From: Mustelus asterias | Lineage: Eukaryota | Direction of reading: 5' to 3' | NCBI RefSeq assembly: GCF_964213995.1 | Contig: NC_135816.1 | Span: 61,442,001 to 61,506,000, forward strand | Length of the DNA stretch: 64,000 bases | Shown here: piece by piece, positions 1-11,357 of the stretch | Position numbering within the stretch: the stretch's first letter is position 1 | Layout of the letters: the number at the start of each line of letters is the position of its first letter | Made by a program: the position numbers and the translations under genes | Notes under the pieces: generated by a model | Seen by the model: the letters and a program-made list of their open reading frames with translations, nothing else | What the model was told of the DNA's origin: nothing | The model's database searches: none

Positions 1-143
1 GGTCATCAGTAGATTCTCAATTCCAGATATTTTTCATTGAATTCAAATTCCACCATCTGCCGTGGCGGGATTTGAACCTGGGTTTCCAAAACATTGGCTG
101 AGTTTCTGGATTAATAGTCTAGTTATAACACCACTCAGCCATC
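1..143 (-). mobile_element. tRNA-derived SINE (SacSINE/DeuSINE-like), 5' part
   Basis: Reverse complement has A-box-like tggctgagtgg and B-box-like ggttcaaatccc; same family recurs at 44866-45219 and 58766-59136. Confidence 0.7.
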
Positions 144-2353
144 ATCTGGAGCAGAGGAGGGAAGGTGGCAGCTTTTGTTGCAGCGGATTGCAGAATTGTA
201 GCGCCCTGCCCCTTATATGTATTGGCCACTGTTGGTATTACATTGTGGGGCGTATATGAGCGATCGATTTGGCAATCAGGAGTGAGAACACTGCCCACTA
301 AATTACAATCAGGAGTGAGAACACGGGCCAGTAAATTATAGTAAGAAGTCTCACAACACCAGGTTAAAGTCCAACAGGTTTATTTGGTAGCAAAACCACT
401 AGCGTTCGGAGTGCTGCTCCTTCGTCAGGTAAGTGGGAGTTCTGTTCACATCCAAGATAGATCAGGATGCAGACCAGCTGCAAAACTCTGCCAAGCAGAT
501 GAGACAAAGGAACTATGCCATCGGCATGCACGCCAAGAACAGGAAACTTGAGAAACTCGGCATCACCACCAGCAGCAACCAAGCCTCCCCCGGTACCACA
601 GTAGAAAACATTGGCACTGCAGTGAAGTCCATTGTCAACTTGTCGGACTACACACTTCAACCAGATGAAATCGAAGTTCTCAGCCGAGGGCTCAATTTCT
701 GCCCCACCACCAAAATAGACCCCATCAGTCACGCAGCAGACACAGGGGAATTCATCAGGCGAATGAAGCTGCGGGAGTTCTTCCACAAATGCCAAGAGGC
801 CAACAGCGAACGCAATGAGACAGTCAATGAACCGGAACAGCCGACAGAGACATCCGCAGTGCAGCAACCGAAGAGGAAAGAGTCAAATTGGACTCCTCCG
901 GAAGGCCGCTGCCCTCGACTTGACATGTATGCCCAAGCCGTCAGGAGGTGCGTCAACACCAAATTCATCAGCCGCACTCACAAGACAGCCCCGAACATCA
1001 CCCAAACACAACGCAATGCCATCCACGCTCTCAAGACCAACCGCAACATTGTCATTAAACCAGCAGACAAAGGAGGGGCCATCGTCATACTGAACAGAAC
1101 GGTTTACTGCAAAGAAGTGTATCGACAACTGAACAACGAGGAACACTACAGACAGTTACCTGCAAATCCGACCAAAGAATACACCCGTCAACTCAACAGA
1201 CTGATCAAGACCTTTGATCGGGACCTTCAGAGCATCCTCCGTGCTCTCATCCCACGTATTCCCCACATTGGAGATCTCTACTGCCTCCCGAAGATACACA
1301 AGGCAAACACACCCGGCCGTCCCATCGTATCGGGCAATGGGATCCTGTGCAAGAACCTCTCCGGCTACGTTGAGGGCATCCTGAAGCCCATTGTGCAAAG
1401 AACCCCAGCTTTTGTCGCGACACTATAGACTTCCTACAGAAACTCAGCACACATGGAGCAGTTGAACCAGGAGCACTCCTCGTCACAATGGATGCCTCGG
1501 CACTCTACACCAGCATCCCCCACGACAATGGCATTGTGGCAACTGCCTCAGTACTCAACGCCGACAACTGCCAGTCTCCAGATGCAATTTTACAACTCAT
1601 CCGCTTCATCCTGGACCACAATGTCTTCACCTTCAACAACCAGTTCTTCATCCAGACACATGGAACAGCCACGGAGACCAAATTCACACCTCAATATGCC
1701 AACATCTTCATGCACAGGTTCAAACAAGACCTCTTCACTGCACAGGACCTTCAACCGATGCTATACACGAGATACATCGATGACATTTTCTTCCTTTGGA
1801 GTCATGGTGAACAATCACTGAAACAACTATATGATGACATCAACAAGTTCCATCCCACCATCAGACTCACCATGGACTACTCTCCGGAATCGGTTGCATG
1901 TTTGGACACATGCATCTCCATCTAGGACGGTCACCTCAGCACTTCACTGTACCGCAAGCCCACGGATAACCTCACGATGCTCCACTTCTCCAGCTTCCAC
2001 CCTAAACACATTAAAGAAGCCATCCCCTACGGACAAGCCCTCCATATACACAGGATCTGCTCAAGTTTTGCAAGCCCAGGCAAGTTGTGGGGATTACAGA
2101 TAGTGTGACATGAACCCAAGATCCCGGTTGAGGCCATCCGTGTATCTGGATGAAGAACTGGTTGTTGAAGGTGAAGACATTGTGGTCCAGGATGAAGCGG
2201 ATGAGTTGTAAAATTGCATCTGGAGACTGGCAGTTGTCAGCGTTGAGTACTGAGGCAGTTGCCGCAATGCTATTGTCATGGGGGATGCTGGTGTAGAGTG
2301 CCGAGGAGGATCGCAACAGACACCTCCAGACGCTGAAAGATACCCTCATAAGA

Positions 2354-5320
2354 GTGGGAAAAGGAGTTGTAGTCCGGAAGTCAGTGTTGAGGGTGGTGAG
2401 GTATTGGGGAAGGTATCAAGGTCAAGGGTGGGTACCGGTAGACAGGAAGATGGGTTGAAGTGTGTCTACTTCAATGCAAGGAGCATCCGGAACAAGGTGG
2501 ATGAACTTGGGGCGTGGATTGCTACTTGGGACTACGATGTTGTGGCCATTACGGAGACGTGGGTAGAACAAGGACAGGAATGGTTGTTGGACGTTCCGGG
2601 GTATAGATGTTTCAGTAAGTGTAGGGAAGCTGGTAAAAGAGGTGGAGGAGTAGCATTGTTAATCAAGGATAGTTTAACGGCTGCGGAAAAGCACTTTGAG
2701 GGGGATATGCACACTGAGGTAATATGGGCTGCAGTTAGAAACAGGAAAGGAGCAGTCACGTTGCTAGGAGTTTACTATAGGCCCCCAAATAGTAATAGAG
2801 ATGTGGAGGAAGAAATTGCTAAGCAGATTATGGATACGTGTGGGGGTCACAGGGTAGTTGTCATGGGGGACTTTAACTTTCCAAATATTGATTGGAACCT
2901 TTGGAGGTCAAATAGTTTGGATGGGGCACTTTTTGTGCAGTGTGTGCAGGAGGGTTTCCTGACACAATATGTGGATAGGCCGACAAGGGGTGAGGCCACA
3001 TTGGATTTGGTACTGGGAAATGAACCGGGCCAAGTGTTAGATTTGGTTGTGGGAGAGAACTTTGGAGATAGTGACCACAATTCGGTGTCTTTTGTTATTG
3101 CAATGGAGAGGGATAGGGCCGGACGGCAGGGCGAGGCTTACAATTGGGGGAGAGGTAATTATGATGCGATTAGGCAAGAATTAGGGGGCATAAGATGGGA
3201 ACAGAAACTGTCAGGGAAAGGCACTGATGAAAAGTGGAACTTTTTCAAGGAACAAATACTGGGTGTCCTTGATAGGTATGTCCCTGTCAGGCAGGGAGGA
3301 AATGGCCGAGTGAGGGAACCGTGGTTCACAAAAGAGGTGGAATGTCTTGTGAAAAGGAAGAGGGAAGCTTATGTAGGGATGAGGAAACAAGGTTCAGATG
3401 GCTCGATTGAGGGTTACAAGTTAGCAAGGAACGAGCTGAAAAAGGGGCTGAGGAGAGCTAGGAGGGGACATGAGAAGTCCTTGGCGGGTCAGATCAAGGA
3501 AAACCCCAAGGCTTTTTACTCTTATGTGAGGAATAAAAGAATGACCAGGGTGAGGTTAGGGCCGGTCAAGGACAGTGGTGGGAACTTGTGTATGGAATCA
3601 GTAGAGATAGGCGAGGTGATGAATGAATACTTTTCTTCAGTGTTCACCAAGGAGAGGGGCCATGTTTTTCAGGAAGAGAAGGTGTTACAGGCTAATAGGC
3701 TGGAGGAAATAGATGTTCGGAGGGAGGATGTCTTGGCAGTTTTGAATAAACTGAAGGTCGATAAGTCCCCTGGGCCTGATGAAATGTATCCTAGGATTCT
3801 TTGGGAGGCGAGGGATGAGATTGCAGAGCCTTTGGCTTTGATCTTTGGGTCCTCGCTGTCCACGGGGATGGTGCCAGAGGACTGGAGAGTGGCAAATGTT
3901 GTTCCTCTGTTTAAGAAAGGGAATAGAAATGACCCTGGTAATTATAGACCGGTTAGTCTGACTTCGGTGGTTGGTAAATTGATGGAAAAGGTCCTTAGGG
4001 ATGGGATTTACGACCATTTAGAAAGATGCGGATTAATCCGGGATAGTCAGCACGGATTTGTGAAGGGCAAATCGTGCCTCACAAATTTGATAGAATTTTT
4101 TGAGGAGGTAACTAGGTGTGTTGATGAAGGTAGGGCAGTTGATGTCATATACATGGATTTTAGTAAGGCGTTTGATAAGGTCCCCCATGGTCGGCTTATG
4201 ATGAAAGTAAGGAGGTGTGGGATAGAGGGAAAGTTGGCCGATTGGATAGGTAACTGGCTGTCTGATCGAAGACAGAGGGTGGTGGTGGATGGAAAATTTT
4301 CAGACTGGAGGCAGGTTGCTAGCGGAGTGCCGCAGGGATCGGTGCTTGGTCCTCTGCTCTTTGTGATTTTTATTAATGACTTAGAGGAGGGGGCTGAAGG
4401 GTGGATCAGTAAATTTGCTGATGACACCAAGATTGGTGGAGTAGTGGATGAGGTGGAGGGCTGTTGTAGGCTGCAAAGAGACATAGATAGGATGCAAAGC
4501 TGGGCTGAAAAATGGCAAATGGAGTTTAACCCTGATAAATGTGAGGTGATTCATTTTGGTAGGACTAATTTAAATGTGGATTACAGGGTCAAAGGTAGGG
4601 TTCTGAAGACTGTGGAGGAACAGAGAGATCTTGGGGTCCATATCCACAGATCTCTAAAGGTTGCCACTCAAGTGGATAGAGCTGTGAAGAAGGCATATAG
4701 TGTGTTAGCTTTTATTAACAGGGGGTTGGAGTTTAAGAGCCGTGGGGTTATGCTGCAACTGTACAGGACCTTGGTGAGACTGCATTTGGAATATTGCGTG
4801 CAGTTCTGGTCACCTCACTATAAGAAGGATGTGGAAGCGCTGGAAAGAGTGCAGAGGAGATTTACCAGGATGCTGCCTGGTTTGGAGTGTCGGTCTTATG
4901 AGGAAAGGTTGAGGGAGCTGGGGCTGTTCTCTCTGGAGCGGAGGAGATTGAGGGGAGACTTAATAGAGGTTTATAAAATGATGAAGGGGATAGATCGAGT
5001 GAACGTTCAAAGAATATTTCCTCGGGTGGATGGAGCTATTACAAGGGGGCATAACTATAGGGTTCATGGTGGGAGATATAGGAAGGATATCAGAGGTAGG
5101 TTCTTCACGCAGAGAGTGGTTGGGGTGTGGAATGGACTGCCTGCAGTGATAGTGGAGTCAGACACTTTAGGAACATTTAAGCGGTTATTGGATAGGCACA
5201 TGGAGCACACCAGGTTGGTAGGGAGTGGGATAGCTTGATCTTGGTTTCAGATGAAGGTCGGCACAACATCGTGGGCCGAAGGGCCTGTTCTGTGCTGTAC
5301 TGTTCTATGTTCTATGTTCT
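2354..5320 (+). mobile_element. CR1-clade LINE (HER1-like), 5'-truncated, inserted in the PLE
   Basis: APE + RT ORF, 3' (ttctatg)n tail, short taaga duplication; PLE sequence resumes seamlessly after 5320. Confidence 0.95.
2455..5238 (+). CDS. CR1 ORF2 (AP endonuclease + reverse transcriptase), uninterrupted
   Basis: LKCVYFNARSIRNK, ITETW, MGDFNFP, SDHN, NYRPVSLTS, DFSKAFDKV, GVPQGSVLGP, KFADD; no stop codons. The ORF-track start at 2278 lies in PLE sequence and is spurious. Confidence 0.92.
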   Translation: MKCVYFNARSIRNKVDELGAWIATWDYDVVAITETWVEQGQEWLLDVPGYRCFSKCREAGKRGGGVALLIKDSLTAAEKHFEGDMHTEVIWAAVRNRKGAVTLLGVYYRPPNSNRDVEEEIAKQIMDTCGGHRVVVMGDFNFPNIDWNLWRSNSLDGALFVQCVQEGFLTQYVDRPTRGEATLDLVLGNEPGQVLDLVVGENFGDSDHNSVSFVIAMERDRAGRQGEAYNWGRGNYDAIRQELGGIRWEQKLSGKGTDEKWNFFKEQILGVLDRYVPVRQGGNGRVREPWFTKEVECLVKRKREAYVGMRKQGSDGSIEGYKLARNELKKGLRRARRGHEKSLAGQIKENPKAFYSYVRNKRMTRVRLGPVKDSGGNLCMESVEIGEVMNEYFSSVFTKERGHVFQEEKVLQANRLEEIDVRREDVLAVLNKLKVDKSPGPDEMYPRILWEARDEIAEPLALIFGSSLSTGMVPEDWRVANVVPLFKKGNRNDPGNYRPVSLTSVVGKLMEKVLRDGIYDHLERCGLIRDSQHGFVKGKSCLTNLIEFFEEVTRCVDEGRAVDVIYMDFSKAFDKVPHGRLMMKVRRCGIEGKLADWIGNWLSDRRQRVVVDGKFSDWRQVASGVPQGSVLGPLLFVIFINDLEEGAEGWISKFADDTKIGGVVDEVEGCCRLQRDIDRMQSWAEKWQMEFNPDKCEVIHFGRTNLNVDYRVKGRVLKTVEEQRDLGVHIHRSLKVATQVDRAVKKAYSVLAFINRGLEFKSRGVMLQLYRTLVRLHLEYCVQFWSPHYKKDVEALERVQRRFTRMLPGLECRSYEERLRELGLFSLERRRLRGDLIEVYKMMKGIDRVNVQRIFPRVDGAITRGHNYRVHGGRYRKDIRGRFFTQRVVGVWNGLPAVIVESDTLGTFKRLLDRHMEHTRLVGSGIA

Positions 5321-6261
5321 AAGAATAGGATATGGCGCTTGACTCATCGATCGACCGTTCCGACGCGACACAGCGAAAAACCAGACCGACCTCCTCAGAA
5401 GACAAACACGGGACACGGCGGACAGAGTATTCGTCGTCCAGTACTTCCCCGGAGCGGAGAAGCTACGACATCTTCTCCGGAGCCTTCAACATGTCATTGA
5501 TGAAGACGAACATCTCGCCAAGGCCATCCCCACACCCCCACTTCTTGCCTTCAAACAACCGCACAACCTCAAACAGACCATTCTCCGCAGCAACCTACCC
5601 AGCCTTCAGGAGAACAGTGACCACAACACCACACAACCCTGCCACAGCAACCTCTGCAAGACATGCCGGATCATCGACACGGATGTCATCATCTCACGTG
5701 AGAACACCATCCACCAGGTACACGGTACATACTCTTGCAACTCAGCCAATGTTGTCTACCTGATACGCTGCAGGAAAGGATGTCCCGAGGCATGGTACAT
5801 TGGGGAAACCATGCAGACGCTACGACAACGGATGAATGAACATCGCTCGACAATCACCGGGCAAGAATTTTCTCTTCCTGTTGGGGAGCACTTCAGCGGT
5901 CACGGGCATTTGGCCTCTGATCTTCAGGTAAGCGTTCTCCAAGGCGGCCTTCATGACACACGACAGCGCAGAGTCGCTGAGCAGAGACTGAAAGCCAAGT
6001 TCCGCACACATGAGGACGGCCTCAACCGGGATCTTGGATTCATGTCACACTATCTGTAACCCCCACGACTTGCCTGGGCTTGCAAAACTCACTAACTGTC
6101 CTGTCTGGAGACCATACACATCCCTTTAACCTGTGCTTAACCCTCTCTCCACTCACATTGTCTGTAAGTTTAAGACTTGATTACCTGTAAAAACTCGCAT
6201 TCCAACCATTATCTTGTAAATTGAGTTTGTGTCTTTATATACCCTGTTTGTGAACAGAACT

Positions 6262-6304
6262 CCCACTTACCTGATGAAGGGGCAGCGCTCCGAAAGCTAG
6301 GGGC
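6262..6304 (+). ncRNA. Minimal type I hammerhead ribozyme motif in PLE terminal repeat
   Basis: CTGATGA - stem II (ggggc agc gctcc) - GAAA - GCTA, flanked by cccac/ggg stem I; PLE hammerheads are established. Confidence 0.75.
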
Positions 6305-7048
6305 TTGTGCTACCAAATAAACCTATTGGACTTTAACCTGGTGTTGTGAGGCTTCTTACAGGAAATTACAATCAGGAGTGAGAACACTGCCCGATTTTCC
6401 CTTCCCTGTCCCAGAGTGTTTGTTGCAGCAAATGAAACAACATTGGTACCACATGGACAAGCAAAGCTAACAGTATTTCAGTATCAATATCTCAATGATG
6501 CAATTGATAAGGGGCCAAATGAGCACCAATGACCAGATGATAGATTGCCATTTGTAGGGTCAAAGCTCCAAACGGCAACTTTAAATTGACAGAAACGGCC
6601 ACCCACTCTCTTAGCAACAGAGAAAGCTGTAACCTTTTTCACAAGATAGCTCACTGGGCTGTTACAAAGAGAGCGAAGTCCGTTTAGCAAATAACACCGA
6701 CCTTTCTGCCAGCTAACCACACGTCTCTCCACTCATCTATTTGCAAAATTTGACCTAATTTAAAGCCAAGACTACTCTTCAGATTCTAAGGCTAAACAAG
6801 TATATCTTCAAGGTCTCAGTTAGCTATCTAAAATCTGATTATTCACAATCTATGCAAATAAATATCATTTATTTTTGGATTGGAGATTTAAAGAAGATAA
6901 CTTGTATGGTCTGGGACATGAAGATTGACCTTCAGTTGCATTTTAAGTGTAAAAGTTAACATGGTCTGTGGTCAGGGACACATTAGAGGGTCATTGTGTA
7001 AGTGAAAAAAATGTGTTACTTTCCAGTGCTCATGTTGATGAAAGTATC

Positions 7049-8166
7049 GGACGCAATTCTCCCAGCCGGCAGCTCGAGCAGCGCAGCAGGCCGGGGGGGA
7101 GAGGTCAGTGGAGGCCGTGTAGCGGGTTTCCCACTGGGCGCCTTGGCCTCCACTTGCCTCCGGCCGCCATATTTCTGGCATCGTCAGCTCCACGCCAGAA
7201 ATCCACACAGAGCTGATTAAAATATTTAAATCATGATGTCTCTATCATTTGCAGGCCTGGGACTGAGGTCTCAGGGTCTGCTAGCCTCTCCCGCCCCACC
7301 AGGAGTGTTTCACACCAGCGGGGTTTACAACAGCTCCCCACTAGCGGGGAGCTGGCGGCCCAACCCTGGTAGAGTGAAGGGAGGCCCCCCAGGATGTCAG
7401 GGGTAAGGGGGGATGCCCCCTGGGCATTGCCAGGCTGGTAGTGCCAGCCTGCCTCCTGGCACTGCCCAAGGGGGCAAAGTGGCAATGCCCCTTGGCATCG
7501 GGCAATGCCAAATGGGTGGGGGCAGAGCGGGCAGATCTAATGGGGGTCTCCTATGGGGCAATCGGTGGGAGTGGGCGGGGGGGGGTCCCGCTGTCACTCT
7601 GCAGTCGGGACCGGTGGTAGAGGGTGGGAAAGGCTGATCGGGGCTAGCCATTGGTGTCGGGGGGGCGGTTCGGGCTGCGGGGTGTTGGGACTGCGGGGTA
7701 GGGGACTGGAATGCGTAGAGGCGGTCGGGGCCGTCGGGTTGGTTGGGTAGATCGGGTATTGGGTGGGGGGGTGAGATCGAGGTGGGTCGGGTGGAGGGTG
7801 GTTGAGGCTGGCCTGGACACATCCGAGAGGCTAGCAATTTGGGAATGGAGGGGTCACACGGAAAGCGATGTGGGGTCGTGGGACTGGCAAGCGATTAGGA
7901 GGCCAGCAGTGTGGGCTACTGCACATGTACCAATCTCGGCGCTGACAGATCAGCGCATGCGCAATGGCCCGCTCAGTGTCTTGCTGCCAGCCTCACCAGC
8001 GGGAATAGACCCTGTCCCCAGCTTTTCAGCTTGATTCACGCTAGGGCACTCTGTGATGCGCAGAGTGTGGGAGATTCGTTTTGAAAATCCAACTGAAAAA
8101 ATCAACGGGATTTACTCCAGTTTTTAAGTGAATTTCGCACTTAGAATGTTTTTGGGAGAATCCCAG
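7049..8166. mobile_element. Non-autonomous TIR element (Harbinger-like family 2)
   Basis: Ends ggacgcaattctccc ... gggagaatcccag; GC-rich body shared with 15679, 18364, 40721 and 55561 copies. Confidence 0.65.
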
Positions 8167-8470
8167 TAGAGTCAAACTCACTCACTACTAAGCCATATAT
8201 TATATCATTCAGTCTACAGATTACATCCAGCTGCAAGACTTTAAATAGATACTCTTGAAATGGCTCGTTAGACCTGGAAAAGTAAGGTGGATCAAGCTCT
8301 CTACTCTCATTCCTTTTTTTCAAAATGGAAGATGCTTGCCTCTGAACTGAATTTTGTTTGGGCAAAATATTCAAAATGAGGAAGATAATAAAACACAAAA
8401 ACATCTTTGGTTTTGAGTTTTTTGCCAGGTGCATTTTCTGTACACAAGAGTTTTATGCTCGGTAAAATCA

Positions 8471-8687
8471 CAGAATCCCTATAGGGCAGAAGTCCATTCA
8501 TCCCATCAGCTCAGCACCAACTCTCCAACAGAGGCCACCATGTGCCCTATCCCCATAACTCATCATAATTACCCCACTAATGACCCTAATCTACACATCT
8601 TTAGACTGTCGGAGAAAACCAGAGCACACGGAGGAAACCCATGCAGACACAGGGAGAACGTGCAAACTCCACACAGTCACTCAAGGG
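8471..8687 (-). mobile_element. HE1/V-SINE-like fragment
   Basis: ggaggaaacccatgcagacacagggagaacgtgcaaactccacacagtca core. Confidence 0.75.
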
Positions 8688-8689
8688 CA

Positions 8690-9105
8690 TGAATCAATTC
8701 CAACCTCCCGGACTACCTGGATCCACTACAGTTTGCCTACTGCCGCAACAGGTCCACAGCAGACGCCATTTCCCTGGCCCTGCATTCAACCCTGGAACAC
8801 CTAGATAACAAGGACATCTGTTTATTGACTACAGCCCAGCCTTCAACACTATTATTCCCACGAAACCCATCTCTCCAAACTCCGTGGCCTGGGCCTCGGC
8901 ACCTCCCTCTGTGACTGGATCCTGAACTTCCTAACTCACAGACCACAATCAGAAAGGATAGGCAACAACACCTCCTCCACGATAATCCTCAACACCGGTG
9001 CCCCACAAGGCTGTGTTCTCAGCCCTCTACTATACTCCTTGTACATCTATGACTGTGCGGCCAAATTCCCCTCCAATTCATTTTTCAAGTTTGCTGACAA
9101 CACCA
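8690..9105 (+). mobile_element. Rex1/Babar-like LINE RT fragment
   Basis: Encodes [54 protein letters not shown]. Confidence 0.8.
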
Positions 9106-9240
9106 GCAAATGCTCAGATGTCCCTCTTTGTAAAGGCCGTGTGTAACATGTTATTTCTGTGGTTTGTCACCACCTGACCAGTTCTTGAGCATTTTTTCCT
9201 TTCTATTGATGGAAAGCATGGAGCCATTCTGTTGATCACC

Positions 9241-9595
9241 TGGGCAGCACAGTGGCAGAGCAGGGTGGCATTGTGGCACAGTGGTTCGCACAGCTCCAGG
9301 GACCCGGGTTCAATTCCGGCCTTGGAAGACTGTGAGTTTACACATTCTCCTAGTGACTGCGTGAGTTTCCTCCAGGTGCTCCAGTTTCCTCCCACAGTCC
9401 AAAGATGTGCAGGTTAGGTCAATTGACCATGGTAAGTTGCCCCTTAATGTCCCAAGGGTTGGATGGATTAGCCGTGGGAAATGTATGAAGTTATGGGAAT
9501 AGAGCAGGAGAGAGGGCCTTGGTAAGTTACTCTGTCAGAGAGTCAGAGCAAACTCGATGAGCCGAATGGCCTCTTCTGAACTGTAGGGATTCAAT
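9241..9595 (+). mobile_element. HE1/V-SINE-like element
   Basis: tRNA-like head, V-domain core, CR1-like tail; paralog at 37890-38250. Confidence 0.8.
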
Positions 9596-9838
9596 GAGCT
9601 ACATGTGGCATTCCTACGTAAGGAAACCCTGCTACCCAAGGAAAGCTTCCTGTTCTACCCTCATACTTCTGCTCCACAACAAATGTGTATTTGTCACTAT
9701 ATTTGACATGGAAACACTTAATAACATGAAGCCTCATTTGTGTAAGAGAGATCATGAGAAGGAGAAAGTGGAGACTCTGCAATGTCAAACAAAATGTCAC
9801 TGTAGTCATTGAGCTGCATTGATTCGCCCCTCACTCAC

Positions 9839-10142
9839 ATCATGTTCCTCTGCATCACAAAGTTTCCACATATTCCACATATTCCACACAGTCCAAAGAT
9901 GTGCGGGTTAGGTTGATTGGCCAGGTTAAAAATTGCCCCTTAGAGTCCTGAGATGCGTAGGTTAGTGGGATTAGCGGGTAAATATGTGGGGGTAGGGCCT
10001 GGGTGGGATTGTGGTCGGTGCAGACTCGATGGGCCGAATGGCCTTCTTCTGCACTGTAGGGTTTCTATGATGATATTCAGATCCCCTAAAGAAATATTCA
10101 TCTCCATCTCTGTGTTTGGTACCATTTGATTGCCAGCAGCAA
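9839..10142 (-). pseudogene. Candidate exon of TIM-like gene A after the IgV exon, interrupted by a SINE 3' fragment (~9885-10072)
   Basis: Acceptor ttttctcag, phase 1, reads VAAGNQMVPNTEMEMNISLGDLN; the uninterrupted paralog is 38500-38600. Confidence 0.4.
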
Positions 10143-11357
10143 CTGAGAAAAATGAAGCATAACTACAGGCAGAGAGAAAAACTGGATAATATAAAATGGA
10201 GGACAACCCAACAGAACCAGTTAAAGTACAGAGCAACATCCAACAGGAAGGAAATGAAACCAAAATATCTGTTAGCTTTCTGAGCAAGGCTAGCCCTGCG
10301 CCTTTGTTTTATGGTGAAGTATGGGACTACTTCAGAGCTTCACATGAAACAATGAATGAAATCATTTAGTTGTACAGTAAACAGACAGCACAGCACAGAG
10401 AATACCGGTTACCAACCATCGGAAAATATTCATTACAATAAATACTATAGCATAATATTCATGTACTGCATATTTTTAGCTATATAAATATTTAAATCCC
10501 ATTCTACATTCAGCGGGGGTGCAGAGTATACCCAGGGATACAGTCACTAATGTCTAGCTGTGAAATATCTCTCCTGCCCATGTTCTATCACTGTCACCAA
10601 TATACACAGCGCTTCTCTATGGAAAAGTAGCAGATCCGTTGGGCCCGATTTTGCCATTTTCATTCTAAGTGCTGAATCTGGGCGCAACTCAGATCCGACT
10701 TGGAAATCTGTTTTCAGGCGCCCCCGTACACACTTAGCCTGAAAAAAAAATTGCAGGTCTGAATCGCACTGTGAGCAGGGCTTATCGTGCCCAAAACGAT
10801 CGGAGCTCTGAACTGCGCATACACAGTTAGAAAAAAGAAATTGAAAATCGTGCTGTCACATCACTCCCGGGCCGCAAAAAAAGCAGATAAAGCGGCCCGG
10901 GAGCGATGGTCCCCACAGACATCACCCCATCCCTACAACATAACTTTCCCCCTTATCCACCCACTCCCCCCCTCCACTACCCAGACCGATCGCGACCCTC
11001 TGTCCCCTTTTCCCCCCGCATTGCCCGCAGAGTGGCAACGGACTCCCCAGCCTCTGCCCCCACCACCCCCCGCACCTGTGATCCATCTGGCCTCCCGCCC
11101 ACCCCACAGAGATCCATCTGGCCTCCCTCCCAGTATATTTCGCATACTCACAGCCGAGCACTTAGACAGTTTCACTAATTAAGTGCATTTGCACTATTAT
11201 AGCTGTGGAATCCCTTCTCTCTGCTGCCTGTACTTGCAAAATCTACCGAGGTACATATCCAGGCCTTTATTGAAGTTGTGTAATGAAACATATAGGTGCG
11301 TGTACAAATAACTGTTGCTTGATTCAACAACCTTTGCAATTGTGTTTAGCAACAGCC

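Larger units (their letters stand above)
341..6359 (+). mobile_element. Penelope-like element (RT + GIY-YIG), degenerate, with inverted partial pLTR at 341-450, internal inversion and nested CR1
   Basis: PLE RT motifs (IVIKPADKGGAIV, LPKIHK, GRPIVS, DASALYTSIP, YTRYIDDIF) at 433-1925; GIY-YIG region (NVVYLIRC..WYIGET..RQRMNEH) at ~5740-6059; terminus 6310-6359 is the reverse complement of 341-390; stops and frameshifts present. Confidence 0.93.
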
